64,000 nt of DNA. Source: a bacterium (GTDB taxonomy: Bacteria > Patescibacteriota > Patescibacteriia > UBA9570). Every line of letters starts with the position of its first letter. The stretch's first letter is position 1. The notes under the pieces were generated by a model. The model was given only the letters and a program-made list of their open reading frames with translations, did no database searches and was not told the DNA's origin. The translations under genes and the position numbers were made by a program. The stretch covers positions 93,735 through 157,734 of the forward strand of contig JAUYKW010000001.1 in the NCBI GenBank assembly GCA_030698395.1, read 5' to 3'. Positions 30,038 to 40,344 of this stretch are shown here, one piece after another.

Positions 30038-32639
30038 TTACTTTAAGTTTCCTTTTTCAGTAACAGTATATTCTGTAATCAAACCACCTGTTTTTTTGGT
30101 AATTTTTACAAGTTTATTTTTCTTCTTAATTTTATATGAATCTTTATTGTAATCAGAGTCGAAATTTTTGGTGTCTTTACCTTTTAACACGCCATTTTTT
30201 GTAAGTGTAAAATGAGTAGTTTTAAAAACCTTGCCTTTTCTAGTAACAGCTAAAACATCATTATCTGTTTTTTTTGCATAAAAGTTTAATACCTTAGTCT
30301 TGGTTTTATCTTGGCTCTTCTTACGAAGTTTTTTTGATGAAACAACTGTACCTAAAGCTACGTGTACACTCTTTATTTTTGTTCCTGTTTTATTTATTAC
30401 CACAAAATACCTGCCGTTCGTATAAATTTTAACCAATGGTTTCTTTGTGCCTTTATTAAAAACTTTAAATTTTTGCGTTGAGCCATCAGTATATTTTATT
30501 TTTACCCGATTATTGGTAAGTGGCGTAGCTTTAATTGCTTTGCCTCGAGAAACTACTTCAACTGTTCTTGTGGTCGTGGCAGTACCAGAGTAACTATCTG
30601 TTACAGAATAGGTTACTGTATAAACACCAACTACACTGGTATCAACACTATTTGTTGTAACAATGCTAGAAGTAATATCACCATCTTCAGTATCGCTTGC
30701 AGTTGCTCCGTCGTCTGTATACACCACGTTTTGTTTCACAATAATGGATGAATCTCCTGTGATTGTAATAGCAGGATATACATTTTCTAACACTGTCACC
30801 GTCCTTGTGCCCGTATCAGAATTATTTGAAGCATCCGTAGCGGTATACGTTACAGTATAATCGCCCGATACAGACGTATCCACCGGATTAGTTGTAGAAA
30901 CAGCTGGATTAGCATCACAAGCATCGGTAGTAGTTGCTCCAGCATCACTGTATGTTGCACCACGATTTACTGAAACTGAGGTAGCGCCTATAACACTAAC
31001 AGCTGGATCAGTTGTATCTGTAACATCAACAGACCTTTGAACTGTGTCAGTATTATCATCATAATCTACTGCTATTATATCAACCGTATATGAACCTACA
31101 GTATCTACATCTAGATTGCTCGTATCAATACTTACTGCTGGATCAGGATGAAAATTATCAGTAGCCGTCCCACCAAGATCAGTATAAGATTCTGCACATT
31201 CATGAGTAACCGGACTACCGCCTGTTCTAGTTACTACTGGATTAGCTTGATCACGCTCTACTGCACCAATATCACAAACACTATTGTCTGGTCGTGTGTA
31301 ATCTCTTTGATCATCAGTAATAGTGATTGCACCATTATCAGTACATACACCAGCATCAACTGCAGGAGACGAAGCTTGTAAATCAACTGTTTCTGTATTT
31401 CCGCCATTATCCTCTTGACCATCAGTATCTAAAAGTGGATCAGTGCTTTCTTGATCATTGCCCAAGACAAAACCACAAGTAGTTCCGTCATCTATGTTAT
31501 AATTGTTTGTGGAAATAACAGAATTTGCATTACGAGTATAACAATTTGCATTACTTGCACCCGCTAAATTATTAGCCACAATTGAATTACGAACTAAGAT
31601 AGTAGCTTCTTCAGAAGATGGCCCACCTTGAGCGTATAAACCAGCTGATACCTCAGCGCTGGTTCCAATATTATTTACTATTGTAGAGTGACTAATCTGA
31701 ATATCATCAGTTGCTGTTGTACCAAGCGTACAAGCAGAAGATATTGCACCTCCTCCACTATTAGCCCAGGTACCTGTAATAGAATTACCAACAAAGGTTG
31801 AATTTGTGATAGTGGATGTAACACCACTACAAAAACTAGCAATTGCGCCGCCTCTATTGAACGCAGAATTTCCAGAAAATAATGAACCTGTTACTGTAAA
31901 TAATCCCTTATTAAAAATCGCTCCTCCGTTAGTATTTCCATCTGTTCTAGTTAAAGAATTACTAAAAAAATTACTATCAATAACAGTCAAAGTGGTACCA
32001 TTTGGTGCATAAATTGCCCCTCCTTTGGTATAACCCGTATTATTTGAGAATGTTGCCCGAGTAATTGTGATAGTTTTATTTGTTCCACTACTAATAGCAC
32101 CTCCATTACCACTAGTTCCATTCGCAACATTATTATCAAAAGTCACGTCTGTAAGTGTTACAGATCCAGTATTACCATTTGCATCAATGCCACCACCGTC
32201 ACCATTTTGCTCACCACCAGTTACAGTAAGATCTGCTAACGTAATATTTATACCACCAAAGGTTTGCAATGGTCGCTCACTAATAACACTACCATTACCA
32301 TCAATAATAGTACTGCTTTGCCCGGCTCCATTAATTGTAATATCAGTATTTAAATCTAGATCACCAGTTAGTGCATCATCATCTTCACCATCTCCAATAA
32401 CTGTAAGGGTGTAAGTTCCGGCTGGCAAATTTATTATTTCTGTTCCCGCAGCGTTATTAGCTTCAATAACTGCTTCACGAAGTGAGCAATCTGCTGGTGT
32501 ATCCGTACATGGCGTTGCACCACCATCATTTTCATCATTTGTGGTAGTTACATTATATGTAGCTGCATTAACAGCCGCTGCACTCAATAAAAAATAAAAC
32601 TAAGCAAGGATGCTGATAGACCAATATGTTTATATGACA
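30038..32639 (-). pseudogene. Paralogous beta-helix CSLREA adhesin-like protein (849+ aa) with a long Lys-rich C-terminal tail. The N-terminal signal peptide is separated from the body by a +1 frameshift at a T6 tract (A6 on + at 32588..32593).
   Basis: ATG at 32639 encodes MSYKHIGLSASLLSFIFY then a stop. Adding one T gives ...SLLSFIFLLSAAAVNAATYNV, a signal peptide with an AxA site continuous with the body. The body contains CSLREAVIEANN, beta-helix rungs and three Ig-like repeats. The track ORF 30038..32587 begins at TTG without a signal peptide. Confidence 0.6.
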
Positions 32640-32739
32640 TTATATATAGTAAGTATTAAATATTTTTCGTCCTCATTATGATACAGATATTAATATGACG
32701 CAAGAAAATACCTGTTATGAAATGGTAATATTATTTAAG

Positions 32740-32767
32740 TTGCATTTAAAAACAAACCAAGTATAAT
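32740..32767 (+). promoter_or_regulatory. Sigma70-like promoter for dprA-topA: TTGCAT - 16 nt - TATAAT
   Basis: TTGCAT at 32740..32745 and TATAAT at 32762..32767, about 40 nt upstream of the dprA ATG. Confidence 0.4.
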
Positions 32768-32807
32768 TGAAATTGAGCGAGTCCCATATCCAAAGGGGCT
32801 TTTTTCT

Positions 32808-33683
32808 ATGTCTAAAATATTAACGCTTTCAACAAAAAATAAAAATTACCCGATTTATCTAAAAAGAATTCCCAATCATCCAGACATTATATATATACGC
32901 GGAAACCTAGATGCACTTTTACAGCCAGCTATCGCAATTGTTGGAAGTAGGGCCATGACTATATATGGTGAAAAAGCCTGTAAAAAAATTGTTAGTGAAC
33001 TAGTTCAGCAAGGATTCACAATAGTTAGTGGCTTAGCTACCGGTATAGATGCAACAGCACACCGTACAGCTCTAGATTTGGGTGGTTCTACAATTGCCGT
33101 ATTAGCGCATGGCTTAAAGTTAGAAAATACCTTCCCAACTGAACATCAAGCTTTAGCTGAAAGGATTATAAATCATGATGGTCTTCTTTTATCGGAATAT
33201 CCACCACCAACTGTTGCCCGACGCTTCCACTTCCCAGCACGCAACCGCATAATTGCAGCATTGTGTCTTGGCACAGTAGTAGTTGAAGCTCGAGAAAAAT
33301 CTGGAGCCCTGATTACAGCTCGGCATGCCTTGGAAAATAACCGTGAAGTATTTGCCATTCCCGGCCCAATATTTAGTAGTCGAGCACGTGGTGTGAATAA
33401 ACTATTACGCGATGGTGCTGTGTTAGTGGAATCAGCTACTGATATTCTAAATGAACTACCTATAGAATCCAAACTTAACGCAATAAAATTAGCCCAAACA
33501 GCAACCTTCACAGATGAACAACAAAAAATAATAAACCTCATGAATGACGGCTTTTCTAAACCCGATAAAATATCCGAAATGTTACAAATCACGACAGCTA
33601 GCTTAGCCTCAAACTTGACAGAATTAGAAATAAAAGGAATAGTACGTAGGAATATTGATTATTCGTATAGTTTAAGCCTATGA
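32808..33683 (+). CDS. dprA: DNA-processing protein A (Smf/DprA)
   Basis: AIVGSRAMTIYGEKA...VSGLATGIDATAHRTAL...AVLAHGL...ALITARHALENNREVFAIPG. Confidence 0.85.
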   Translation: MSKILTLSTKNKNYPIYLKRIPNHPDIIYIRGNLDALLQPAIAIVGSRAMTIYGEKACKKIVSELVQQGFTIVSGLATGIDATAHRTALDLGGSTIAVLAHGLKLENTFPTEHQALAERIINHDGLLLSEYPPPTVARRFHFPARNRIIAALCLGTVVVEAREKSGALITARHALENNREVFAIPGPIFSSRARGVNKLLRDGAVLVESATDILNELPIESKLNAIKLAQTATFTDEQQKIINLMNDGFSKPDKISEMLQITTASLASNLTELEIKGIVRRNIDYSYSLSL

Positions 33684-36226
33684 AATTGGTAATTGTAGAG
33701 AGTCCTACCAAAGCAAAAACAATCAAACGTTTCTTACCAAAAGATTTCACCGTGGAATCTAGTTTTGGTCATATTAGAGATTTACCTCATTCTGCCACTG
33801 AAATTCCTGCTAAATACAAGACGGAAAAGTGGTCCAGACTTGGCATCAATATCGAAGAAGACTTCGCTCCTCTTTATATTATTCCGAAAGATAAGAAGAA
33901 ACATGTTGCAAAATTGAAAAAGTTAGTTAGTGAAGCTGATGAATTATATCTTGCAACTGATGAAGATCGAGAAGGAGAAGCCATTAGTTGGCATTTATTA
34001 GAAGTATTGAAACCAACAGTTCCTGTCCACCGCATGGTGTTTCATGAAATTACTAAAGAAGCTATTGAAAAATCTTTACAAAATGCTCGATCTCTTGATG
34101 AGAATCTAGTTCAAGCACAAGAGACACGCAGAATTTTAGATAGATTGTATGGTTATGAAATCTCTCCTGTTCTCTGGCGAAAAGTTGCACCAAAGCTATC
34201 AGCCGGCCGGGTACAAAGCGCTGCCCTGCAATTGATAGTAAATAGAGAGAAAGAACGTATGACATTTAAAAATGCAGCTTATTGGGATATTATTGGAAAC
34301 TTTTTTACAGCTGATAAAATAGAATTTGAAGCAAATCTTTACTCTATTGATGGTAAGAGAATTGCAGTCAGCAAAGATTTTGACGGAACTACCGGAGAAC
34401 TATTCGATAAAGCCAAAGATAAAGTTGTAATTGTTGACGAAGAAAAAGCTAAAGCTCTTTCAGAAGCATATAAAGATTCAGATTGGGATGTTAGCTCGAT
34501 TCAAGAAAAACCTTTATCGCTGAGTCCGAAGGCACCTTTTATCACTAGTACATTACAACAAATAGCTGGTAATAAACTAAAATGGCCAGCAAAAAAAGTG
34601 ATGTACACTGCGCAAAAACTATATGAGCAAGGTTTCATTACATATATGCGTACCGATTCTGTACAATTATCTGAAGAAGCTCTAATAGCAGCTACTGCCA
34701 AGATAAAAGATATGTATGGTGCTGAATATCTTCCGGAAGCACCGCGAGTATATAAAAACAAGAGTAAGAATGCTCAAGAAGCTCATGAAGCGATTAGACC
34801 ATCCGGAACAGAAATGCCAGATCCAGCAGATTTAAAGAAAGCTCTAGATGATGATGAATGGAAATTGTATCAATTAATTTGGCAACGCACGATGGCATCT
34901 CAAATGTCTAATGCTAAAATTAAACAAACTACAGTACAACTTAGTAATAAAGATGTAATTTTTCAAACCAGCGGTAGAGTAATTGAATTTGCTGGATACA
35001 TGCGAGTATACAAAGATGATGAGAATGAAGATGAAGAAAAAGTTTTGCCAGCGTTAAAAGAAAAAGATACAGTTTCTGCTAAAGAATTTACTCCGCAAGA
35101 TCATCAAACTAAACCACCAGCCCGCTACACTGAAGCTTCTCTTGTGAAGGAACTGGAAAGCAAAGGAATTGGAAGACCAAGTACCTATGCATCGATTATT
35201 GATACCATCCAACGCCGTTTATATGTGTACAAAGAGGGCAGTGCATTAATCCCCCGCTTTATTGCTTTTGGTGTAGTTGCATTATTGCACAATAACTTTC
35301 CAAAATTAGTTAATACTGAATACACAGCAGAAATGGAAGAGGATTTAGATGAAATTGCAGCTGGAAAGAGAGAATATTTACCTTACTTAAAACATTTTTA
35401 TTTTGGAGACAAAGATACAAAAGGTTTACATGATATGTTGCAAATAGACATTGATGCTAGAGCAACATGTACTCTTCCGATTGGCAAAGACAAAGATGGG
35501 AATGCAATTAATGTTCGAGTTGGTAGATATGGTCCATTTGTAGAACAGGTAGTTGCAGAAGGCGAAAATACTGCCAGCATCCCTGATGACCTGCCACCAG
35601 ACCAACTAACTGTAGAAATGGCTCTTGAATTCATCAAGAAACAAGCCGAGGGTCCTACAGAGTTAGGTAAAGATCCAGAAACCGACAAATCCATATACAT
35701 TTTAGAAGGTCGTTTTGGACCATATGTGCAGTTAGGAGAAAAACCAGAAAAAGACAGTAAAGAAAAAAAACCTAAAATGAAAGGTTTACTTAAAGGTATG
35801 GAAGTAGCAGATGTTACATTAGAAAAAGCCATGCAATTACTTTCATATCCAAAAGTTATTGGTAAATTTGAGAAAACCGGTGATGACATTGTTGCAGATT
35901 TAGGAAGATTTGGTCCTTATATAAAAAGTGGTAAAGAAACCCGTAGCGTTGCAACTGGTGAAGAAATGTTTGAGCTAACTGAAGAAGGAGCAAATGTATT
36001 GTTAAATACACCAAAAAAACGTGGCCGCGGAGCTACTGCAATTAGAGATATCGGAAAACACCCTGAAAGTGGAAATGTATTAGAAATTTTTGAAGGCCGA
36101 TATGGTCCTTATATTAAATACGAGAAACTCAACGTATCAATACCAAAAGCTTTTAAACCAGAAGAAATCACACTTGAACAAGCTGTTGAATTGATTGTAA
36201 AAAAGCAGGAAAAAGACAAAAAATAG
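33680..36226 (+). CDS. topA: DNA topoisomerase I
   Basis: Toprim MKLVIVESPTKAKTI...SFGHIRDLP. Catalytic-Tyr region. C-terminal repeated RFGPY elements. 4-nt overlap with dprA. Confidence 0.92.
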   Translation: MKLVIVESPTKAKTIKRFLPKDFTVESSFGHIRDLPHSATEIPAKYKTEKWSRLGINIEEDFAPLYIIPKDKKKHVAKLKKLVSEADELYLATDEDREGEAISWHLLEVLKPTVPVHRMVFHEITKEAIEKSLQNARSLDENLVQAQETRRILDRLYGYEISPVLWRKVAPKLSAGRVQSAALQLIVNREKERMTFKNAAYWDIIGNFFTADKIEFEANLYSIDGKRIAVSKDFDGTTGELFDKAKDKVVIVDEEKAKALSEAYKDSDWDVSSIQEKPLSLSPKAPFITSTLQQIAGNKLKWPAKKVMYTAQKLYEQGFITYMRTDSVQLSEEALIAATAKIKDMYGAEYLPEAPRVYKNKSKNAQEAHEAIRPSGTEMPDPADLKKALDDDEWKLYQLIWQRTMASQMSNAKIKQTTVQLSNKDVIFQTSGRVIEFAGYMRVYKDDENEDEEKVLPALKEKDTVSAKEFTPQDHQTKPPARYTEASLVKELESKGIGRPSTYASIIDTIQRRLYVYKEGSALIPRFIAFGVVALLHNNFPKLVNTEYTAEMEEDLDEIAAGKREYLPYLKHFYFGDKDTKGLHDMLQIDIDARATCTLPIGKDKDGNAINVRVGRYGPFVEQVVAEGENTASIPDDLPPDQLTVEMALEFIKKQAEGPTELGKDPETDKSIYILEGRFGPYVQLGEKPEKDSKEKKPKMKGLLKGMEVADVTLEKAMQLLSYPKVIGKFEKTGDDIVADLGRFGPYIKSGKETRSVATGEEMFELTEEGANVLLNTPKKRGRGATAIRDIGKHPESGNVLEIFEGRYGPYIKYEKLNVSIPKAFKPEEITLEQAVELIVKKQEKDKK

Positions 36227-36310
36227 CATAGTTTGTTAAAATAACCTCACCTCCCCGAGCTTGTTTTTTTCGAGAGTTTCCGTTATTGTGGGCTACATAC
36301 TAATATCGCT

Positions 36311-37771
36311 ATGAAAAAAGAAGAGTTATTCGAATGTATTGAACAACAGAGGCCAGATGCAGATCTGGAATTATTAAAGCGTGCATATGATTTTGCTGAA
36401 GCAGCGCATGAAGGACAACTCCGAAAATCCGGTGCACCCTACTTTGATCATCCTAAAGCTACAGCATATAAATTAGCAAATCTCCGAATGGATGATGTTA
36501 CCATAGCGGCCGGTTTATTACATGACGTTCCAGAAGATACTTCCAGAACACACAAAGAAATTACAAGAGAATTTGGTAATGAAATTGCATTCTTAGTGGA
36601 AGGTGTAACTAAGTTGGGGCAAGTAAAATATCGTGGTATGCAAAGATACGTAGAAAATCTACGAAGAATGTTTGTTGCCATGGCAAAAGATATTAGAGTT
36701 GTAGTAATAAAGTTTGCCGATCGGACTCATAATTTAGAAACACTTTCAGCTCTACCACCAAATAAGCAAAAACGAATTGCTCTAGAATCATTAGAAATCT
36801 ACGCCCCAATTGCCGATAGGCTTGGTATGGGTGATATTAAAGGTCAAATTCAGGATTTATCTTTTCCTTACGTATATCCGGATGAATATAAATGGTTAAT
36901 TGATAAAATTTCTAATACCAGAAGAGAAAAAGAAAAATATCTCCGAACCTATCGAAAAGAAATTGAACAAATTTTAAAAGATCATCATGTAGCTTTTATT
37001 TCTGTGCATGGTAGGACAAAACATTTATACAGTCTTTATAAAAAATTACTCCGGAATAATAGAGATCTATCAAAGATCTATGATTTAGTTGCATTACGTA
37101 TAATTGTGGAGGATGTATCCGCTTGTTATGAAACATTAGGCATCTTACATAAATTCTGTACTCCCCTCAAAGGAAGAATCAAAGATTATATAGCTCAACC
37201 TAAACCGAATGGGTACCAATCTTTGCACACTACAGTATTTAGTAACTCAGGTGAAATAATAGAAGTTCAAATTAGAACAAATGACATGCATGAAGAAGCT
37301 GAGTATGGTATTGCTGCTCATTGGCATTATAAGGAAAATGAAAAAGCATTATCAAAAGAAAAGTATGCCTGGATACAACAACTTGCAAAGTTGCAAAAAG
37401 AAATAAAGGATGAAGATCAATATATGGAATCATTAAAAATTGATGTTTTCCAAACCAGAATTTTTGTCTTCACTCCCCGTGGCGATGTAATAGATTTACC
37501 AGAAGATGCAACGCCAATTGATTTTGCATATCATATTCATACAGACATTGGAAATAAATGCAGTGGTGCAATTATTAATGATCAAATCGCACCACTTGAT
37601 ACAACTTTAAAATCAGGTGACGTACTAGAAATTATCGTAGATAAAAACCGCCAAGGTCCAAATGCAGATTGGATGGAAAGTGTTAAAACTCACAGCGCCA
37701 AAAGACACATTCAAAATAATATAAATAAAAACAATAATAAAAGAAGGCAAAAATTACTTAAAAAGAAGTAA
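36311..37771 (+). CDS. rel: Bifunctional (p)ppGpp synthetase/hydrolase, short Rel/SpoT homolog: HD + synthetase + TGS, with no ACT/RRM domain
   Basis: HD motif HDVPEDT. Synthetase region RTKHLYSLYKKL...DLVALRIIVEDVSACY...SLHTTV. TGS-like FVFTPRGDVIDLPEDATPIDFAYHIHTDIGNKCSGA. Confidence 0.85.
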   Translation: MKKEELFECIEQQRPDADLELLKRAYDFAEAAHEGQLRKSGAPYFDHPKATAYKLANLRMDDVTIAAGLLHDVPEDTSRTHKEITREFGNEIAFLVEGVTKLGQVKYRGMQRYVENLRRMFVAMAKDIRVVVIKFADRTHNLETLSALPPNKQKRIALESLEIYAPIADRLGMGDIKGQIQDLSFPYVYPDEYKWLIDKISNTRREKEKYLRTYRKEIEQILKDHHVAFISVHGRTKHLYSLYKKLLRNNRDLSKIYDLVALRIIVEDVSACYETLGILHKFCTPLKGRIKDYIAQPKPNGYQSLHTTVFSNSGEIIEVQIRTNDMHEEAEYGIAAHWHYKENEKALSKEKYAWIQQLAKLQKEIKDEDQYMESLKIDVFQTRIFVFTPRGDVIDLPEDATPIDFAYHIHTDIGNKCSGAIINDQIAPLDTTLKSGDVLEIIVDKNRQGPNADWMESVKTHSAKRHIQNNINKNNNKRRQKLLKKK

Positions 37772-37777
37772 GGTTTG

Positions 37778-38656
37778 TTATTTTTTTGCAATCCGCCGAA
37801 TAATTTCTGGTAGTTCTTCTACTGAGTAATATTTGATATTTATAGTTCCCCCGTCACCACGTTGTTGGATGATAACCTTAGTTGCTAGCACTTGAGTCAA
37901 TTCATCCTGCCAAGCTTGCACATGTACAGCTGTTTGCGTTGATTGCGAAGATTTAGCTCGTGATTGTTTAGTTTTCCCCTTCACTTCATCACCCAATGCA
38001 TGCACAGATAAATTACCTGCCATGATATCTTTTAACTTTTGCAATTGTTCAGCTTCAGAAGCTAAGCCTAATAAAACCTTGGCGTGTCCTTCGCTAATAA
38101 TATTATCAGCCAGTGCTTTCTGTATTTCTCCAGGTAAATCTAAGAGTCTTAAAGTGTTAGAAAATGTGGATCTGGAGATACCAATCTTTTTTGCAGCTGT
38201 ATCATGATTTAGTCCAAACTCATTGGTTAATTTATGATAACCTTCAGCTTTTTCAATTGCATTTAAATCTGATCTTTGAATATTTTCAATTAATGCTAGC
38301 TCGACTTTCTCCAATTCACTAACAGCGCGTACAATTACTGGTACTTTAGTTAAACCAGCAATTCGTGATGCTCTTAATCTACGTTCTCCAGCAATTAATT
38401 CGTATTTTCCATCTTGTTCACTAACTAACAATGGCTGTAATACTCCATATTGTTTAATAGAACTAATCAACTCTTCTAATTCACTATGTGAAAAATGTTG
38501 ACGTGGCTGATGTGGATTTACTGTAATAGCAGCAACAGGTAATTCTGTAACTGCATCACGCGCATGCGAAAATTCCGAAGCTCGAGCTTGATTCTCAATA
38601 TTCGCTGTAGAATTTTTTGGTGGTATTAATGATCCTAATCCTTTTCCTAATGCCAT
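37778..38656 (-). CDS. parB: Chromosome partitioning protein ParB
   Basis: ParB box LIAGERRLRASRIAGL. HTH region. Confidence 0.88.
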   Translation of the reverse strand: MALGKGLGSLIPPKNSTANIENQARASEFSHARDAVTELPVAAITVNPHQPRQHFSHSELEELISSIKQYGVLQPLLVSEQDGKYELIAGERRLRASRIAGLTKVPVIVRAVSELEKVELALIENIQRSDLNAIEKAEGYHKLTNEFGLNHDTAAKKIGISRSTFSNTLRLLDLPGEIQKALADNIISEGHAKVLLGLASEAEQLQKLKDIMAGNLSVHALGDEVKGKTKQSRAKSSQSTQTAVHVQAWQDELTQVLATKVIIQQRGDGGTINIKYYSVEELPEIIRRIAKK

Positions 38657-38670
38657 AGTGGTCTATTATA

Positions 38671-39441
38671 TCATGATTCTAAATCCTGTGCAGAGATTTC
38701 CTCTGACAACTTCTCGTATGCTCGTGCACCTTTCGATCTTTTATCGTACAAGACAACGGGTTTTCCATGTGATGGTGCTTCAGCTAGCTTTACATTACGT
38801 GGAATCATGGATGAAAATATGTGATGCGGAAAATGTTCTCGCATTTCTTGGACAACTTCACTAGAAAGTTTGTTCCGTTTATCAAGCATGGTTACAACCG
38901 CACCAGTTACAGTTAACTCTGGTTGTAAATTAGTACGTATCAAATCTATCGTTTCTAACAACTGACTTAAACCTTCCAATGCATAATACTCGCATTGCAC
39001 CGGAATAATTACTTCTCTAGCTCCCACCAATGCGTTCACTGTTAATAATCCCAAAGAAGGCGGACAATCAATAATCACATAATCGTAATAATGTTGTACA
39101 GAAGTTAAAGCAACATCTAGTTTAAACTCTCTGTTTTCCACATTAACCAGTTCTACAGATGCTCCAGCCAACGATATCGTAGATGGTGCTACATGAAGGT
39201 TTCGAATCTCTGTTTGAAAGATACTATTCCGCAAATCTTGATCTCCAATCAAAACGTCATAGATACCTCTATCTAGCTGGCGCGGATTAATCCCCAGACC
39301 GCTCGTAGCATTAGCTTGTGGATCAATGTCCACTAATAGCACTTTTTTCTTAGCTAAAGCCAAATATGCAGCTACATTCACTGCCGTAGTGGTTTTGCCT
39401 ACTCCACCCTTTTGATTCACAAATGCGATTATTCTACTCAT
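38671..39441 (-). CDS. parA: Chromosome partitioning ATPase ParA/Soj
   Basis: Deviant Walker A NQKGGVGKTTTAVN. Confidence 0.9.
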   Translation of the reverse strand: MSRIIAFVNQKGGVGKTTTAVNVAAYLALAKKKVLLVDIDPQANATSGLGINPRQLDRGIYDVLIGDQDLRNSIFQTEIRNLHVAPSTISLAGASVELVNVENREFKLDVALTSVQHYYDYVIIDCPPSLGLLTVNALVGAREVIIPVQCEYYALEGLSQLLETIDLIRTNLQPELTVTGAVVTMLDKRNKLSSEVVQEMREHFPHHIFSSMIPRNVKLAEAPSHGKPVVLYDKRSKGARAYEKLSEEISAQDLES

Positions 39442-39460
39442 ACCCGCATATTATAGCGTA

Positions 39461-39489
39461 TTGACACGGACTTGAGAACTTTATATTAT
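39461..39489 (+). promoter_or_regulatory. Near-consensus sigma70 promoter (TTGACA - 17 nt - TATTAT) reading toward tRNA-Leu
   Basis: TTGACA at 39461..39466 and TATTAT at 39484..39489. A ~130-nt leader follows, with a 7-bp hairpin CAGTTCC/GGAACTG. Confidence 0.5.
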
Positions 39490-39620
39490 CAGTTAGCTGA
39501 ATATTAGCTGGAGTGGCCGCGGGCAATTTCTCGCTAAGCTCGAAACTGCACGGGCAAACTCAATACAACTAGTAATTGGGTTTACCTGTTCAGTTCCAAA
39601 CTACAAAGGGAACTGTTCAG

Positions 39621-39707
39621 GCCGGAGTGGCGGAACTGGTAGACGCACACGACTCAAAATCGTGCGAAAGCAATTTCATGAGGGTTCGAGTCCCTCCTCC
39701 GGCACCA
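39621..39707 (+). tRNA. tRNA-Leu (anticodon CAA), class II with a long variable arm. CCA is encoded.
   Basis: Acceptor stem GCCGGAG/CTCCGGC. Anticodon arm CACGA-CUCAAAA-UCGUG. T-arm GAGGG-TTCGAGT-CCCTC. Confidence 0.9.
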
Positions 39708-39744
39708 GAACATTTTTTCACTATGTTCAAAACTGAACTAGCAA

Positions 39745-39850
39745 GCCAATAAATAAATCAACGTGCAATAGAGATAATGTTCTCTTCTACACCACAAACG
39801 GCAACAGTAACATTGCCATTTCTTGATACACTCAATGTATATCCAGTTCC
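39745..39850 (-). pseudogene. 3' fragment of a type IV pilin gene. About 28 C-terminal codons plus the stop and downstream flank are ~85% identical to the 3' end of the intact pilin at 43032..43526.
   Basis: The minus strand encodes ...GYTLSVSRNGNVTVAVCGVEENIISIAR*. The intact gene ends GYTLSVSRNGNVTVVACGAEEDIISIKR*. An in-frame stop lies immediately upstream of the fragment. Confidence 0.55.
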
Positions 39851-39886
39851 TCAATCTGTAAAATTGGACTTATCGACCCTTATTAT

Positions 39887-40309
39887 TTATAAAGTTCCTG
39901 GTGTTTTTGATTTCGATTCTGGTGTTATATCAAGAATCTTTTTCACCCGTTCAATGAATTCTTCATTATCTATGCCTTTATGAATATAGTCTGATACTCC
40001 AATCTCCTTCATTAATTTTAGCATTTCTATAGGAAGGTCCATGTTTGTAAAAAATACAACCGGAATATCTTTCGCAGTAGAATTTGGTTCGTTTTTAATA
40101 CGATCAGCTGTTTTGTATCCATCCTCTCCAGTCAGGTTGATATCAAGCAAAATAAGATCTGGATGAAGTCTACGCGCCATTTCTCGTCCCTCCTCACCAT
40201 TTTTAGCATACATAACTTCAAAACCGGCTTTACCAAGCAAAGACCCAAAAAGCCGACGTATAATTGGATCATCATCAATCATCAAAATGTGTTTAGCAGT
40301 GTTTTCCAT
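39887..40309 (-). CDS. Stand-alone response-regulator receiver protein
   Basis: ILMIDDDPIIRRL...DLILLDINLTGEDG...VVFFTNMD. Confidence 0.8.
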   Translation of the reverse strand: MENTAKHILMIDDDPIIRRLFGSLLGKAGFEVMYAKNGEEGREMARRLHPDLILLDINLTGEDGYKTADRIKNEPNSTAKDIPVVFFTNMDLPIEMLKLMKEIGVSDYIHKGIDNEEFIERVKKILDITPESKSKTPGTL

Positions 40310-40344
40310 GCTGTTTTATTAAGGTTGATTATTTTTAGTAGCTG

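Noticed and set aside
33173-35889. Minus-strand ORFs 33173..33592, 34062..34265, 34501..34761 and 35398..35889
   Set aside because: All lie inside the well-supported dprA and topA genes on the opposite strand.
39777-39983. Plus-strand ORFs 39777..39983 and 43039..43221 sharing ATVTLPFLDTLNVYPV
   Set aside because: The shared peptide is the antisense translation of the duplicated pilin 3' end. It is not a conserved protein family.
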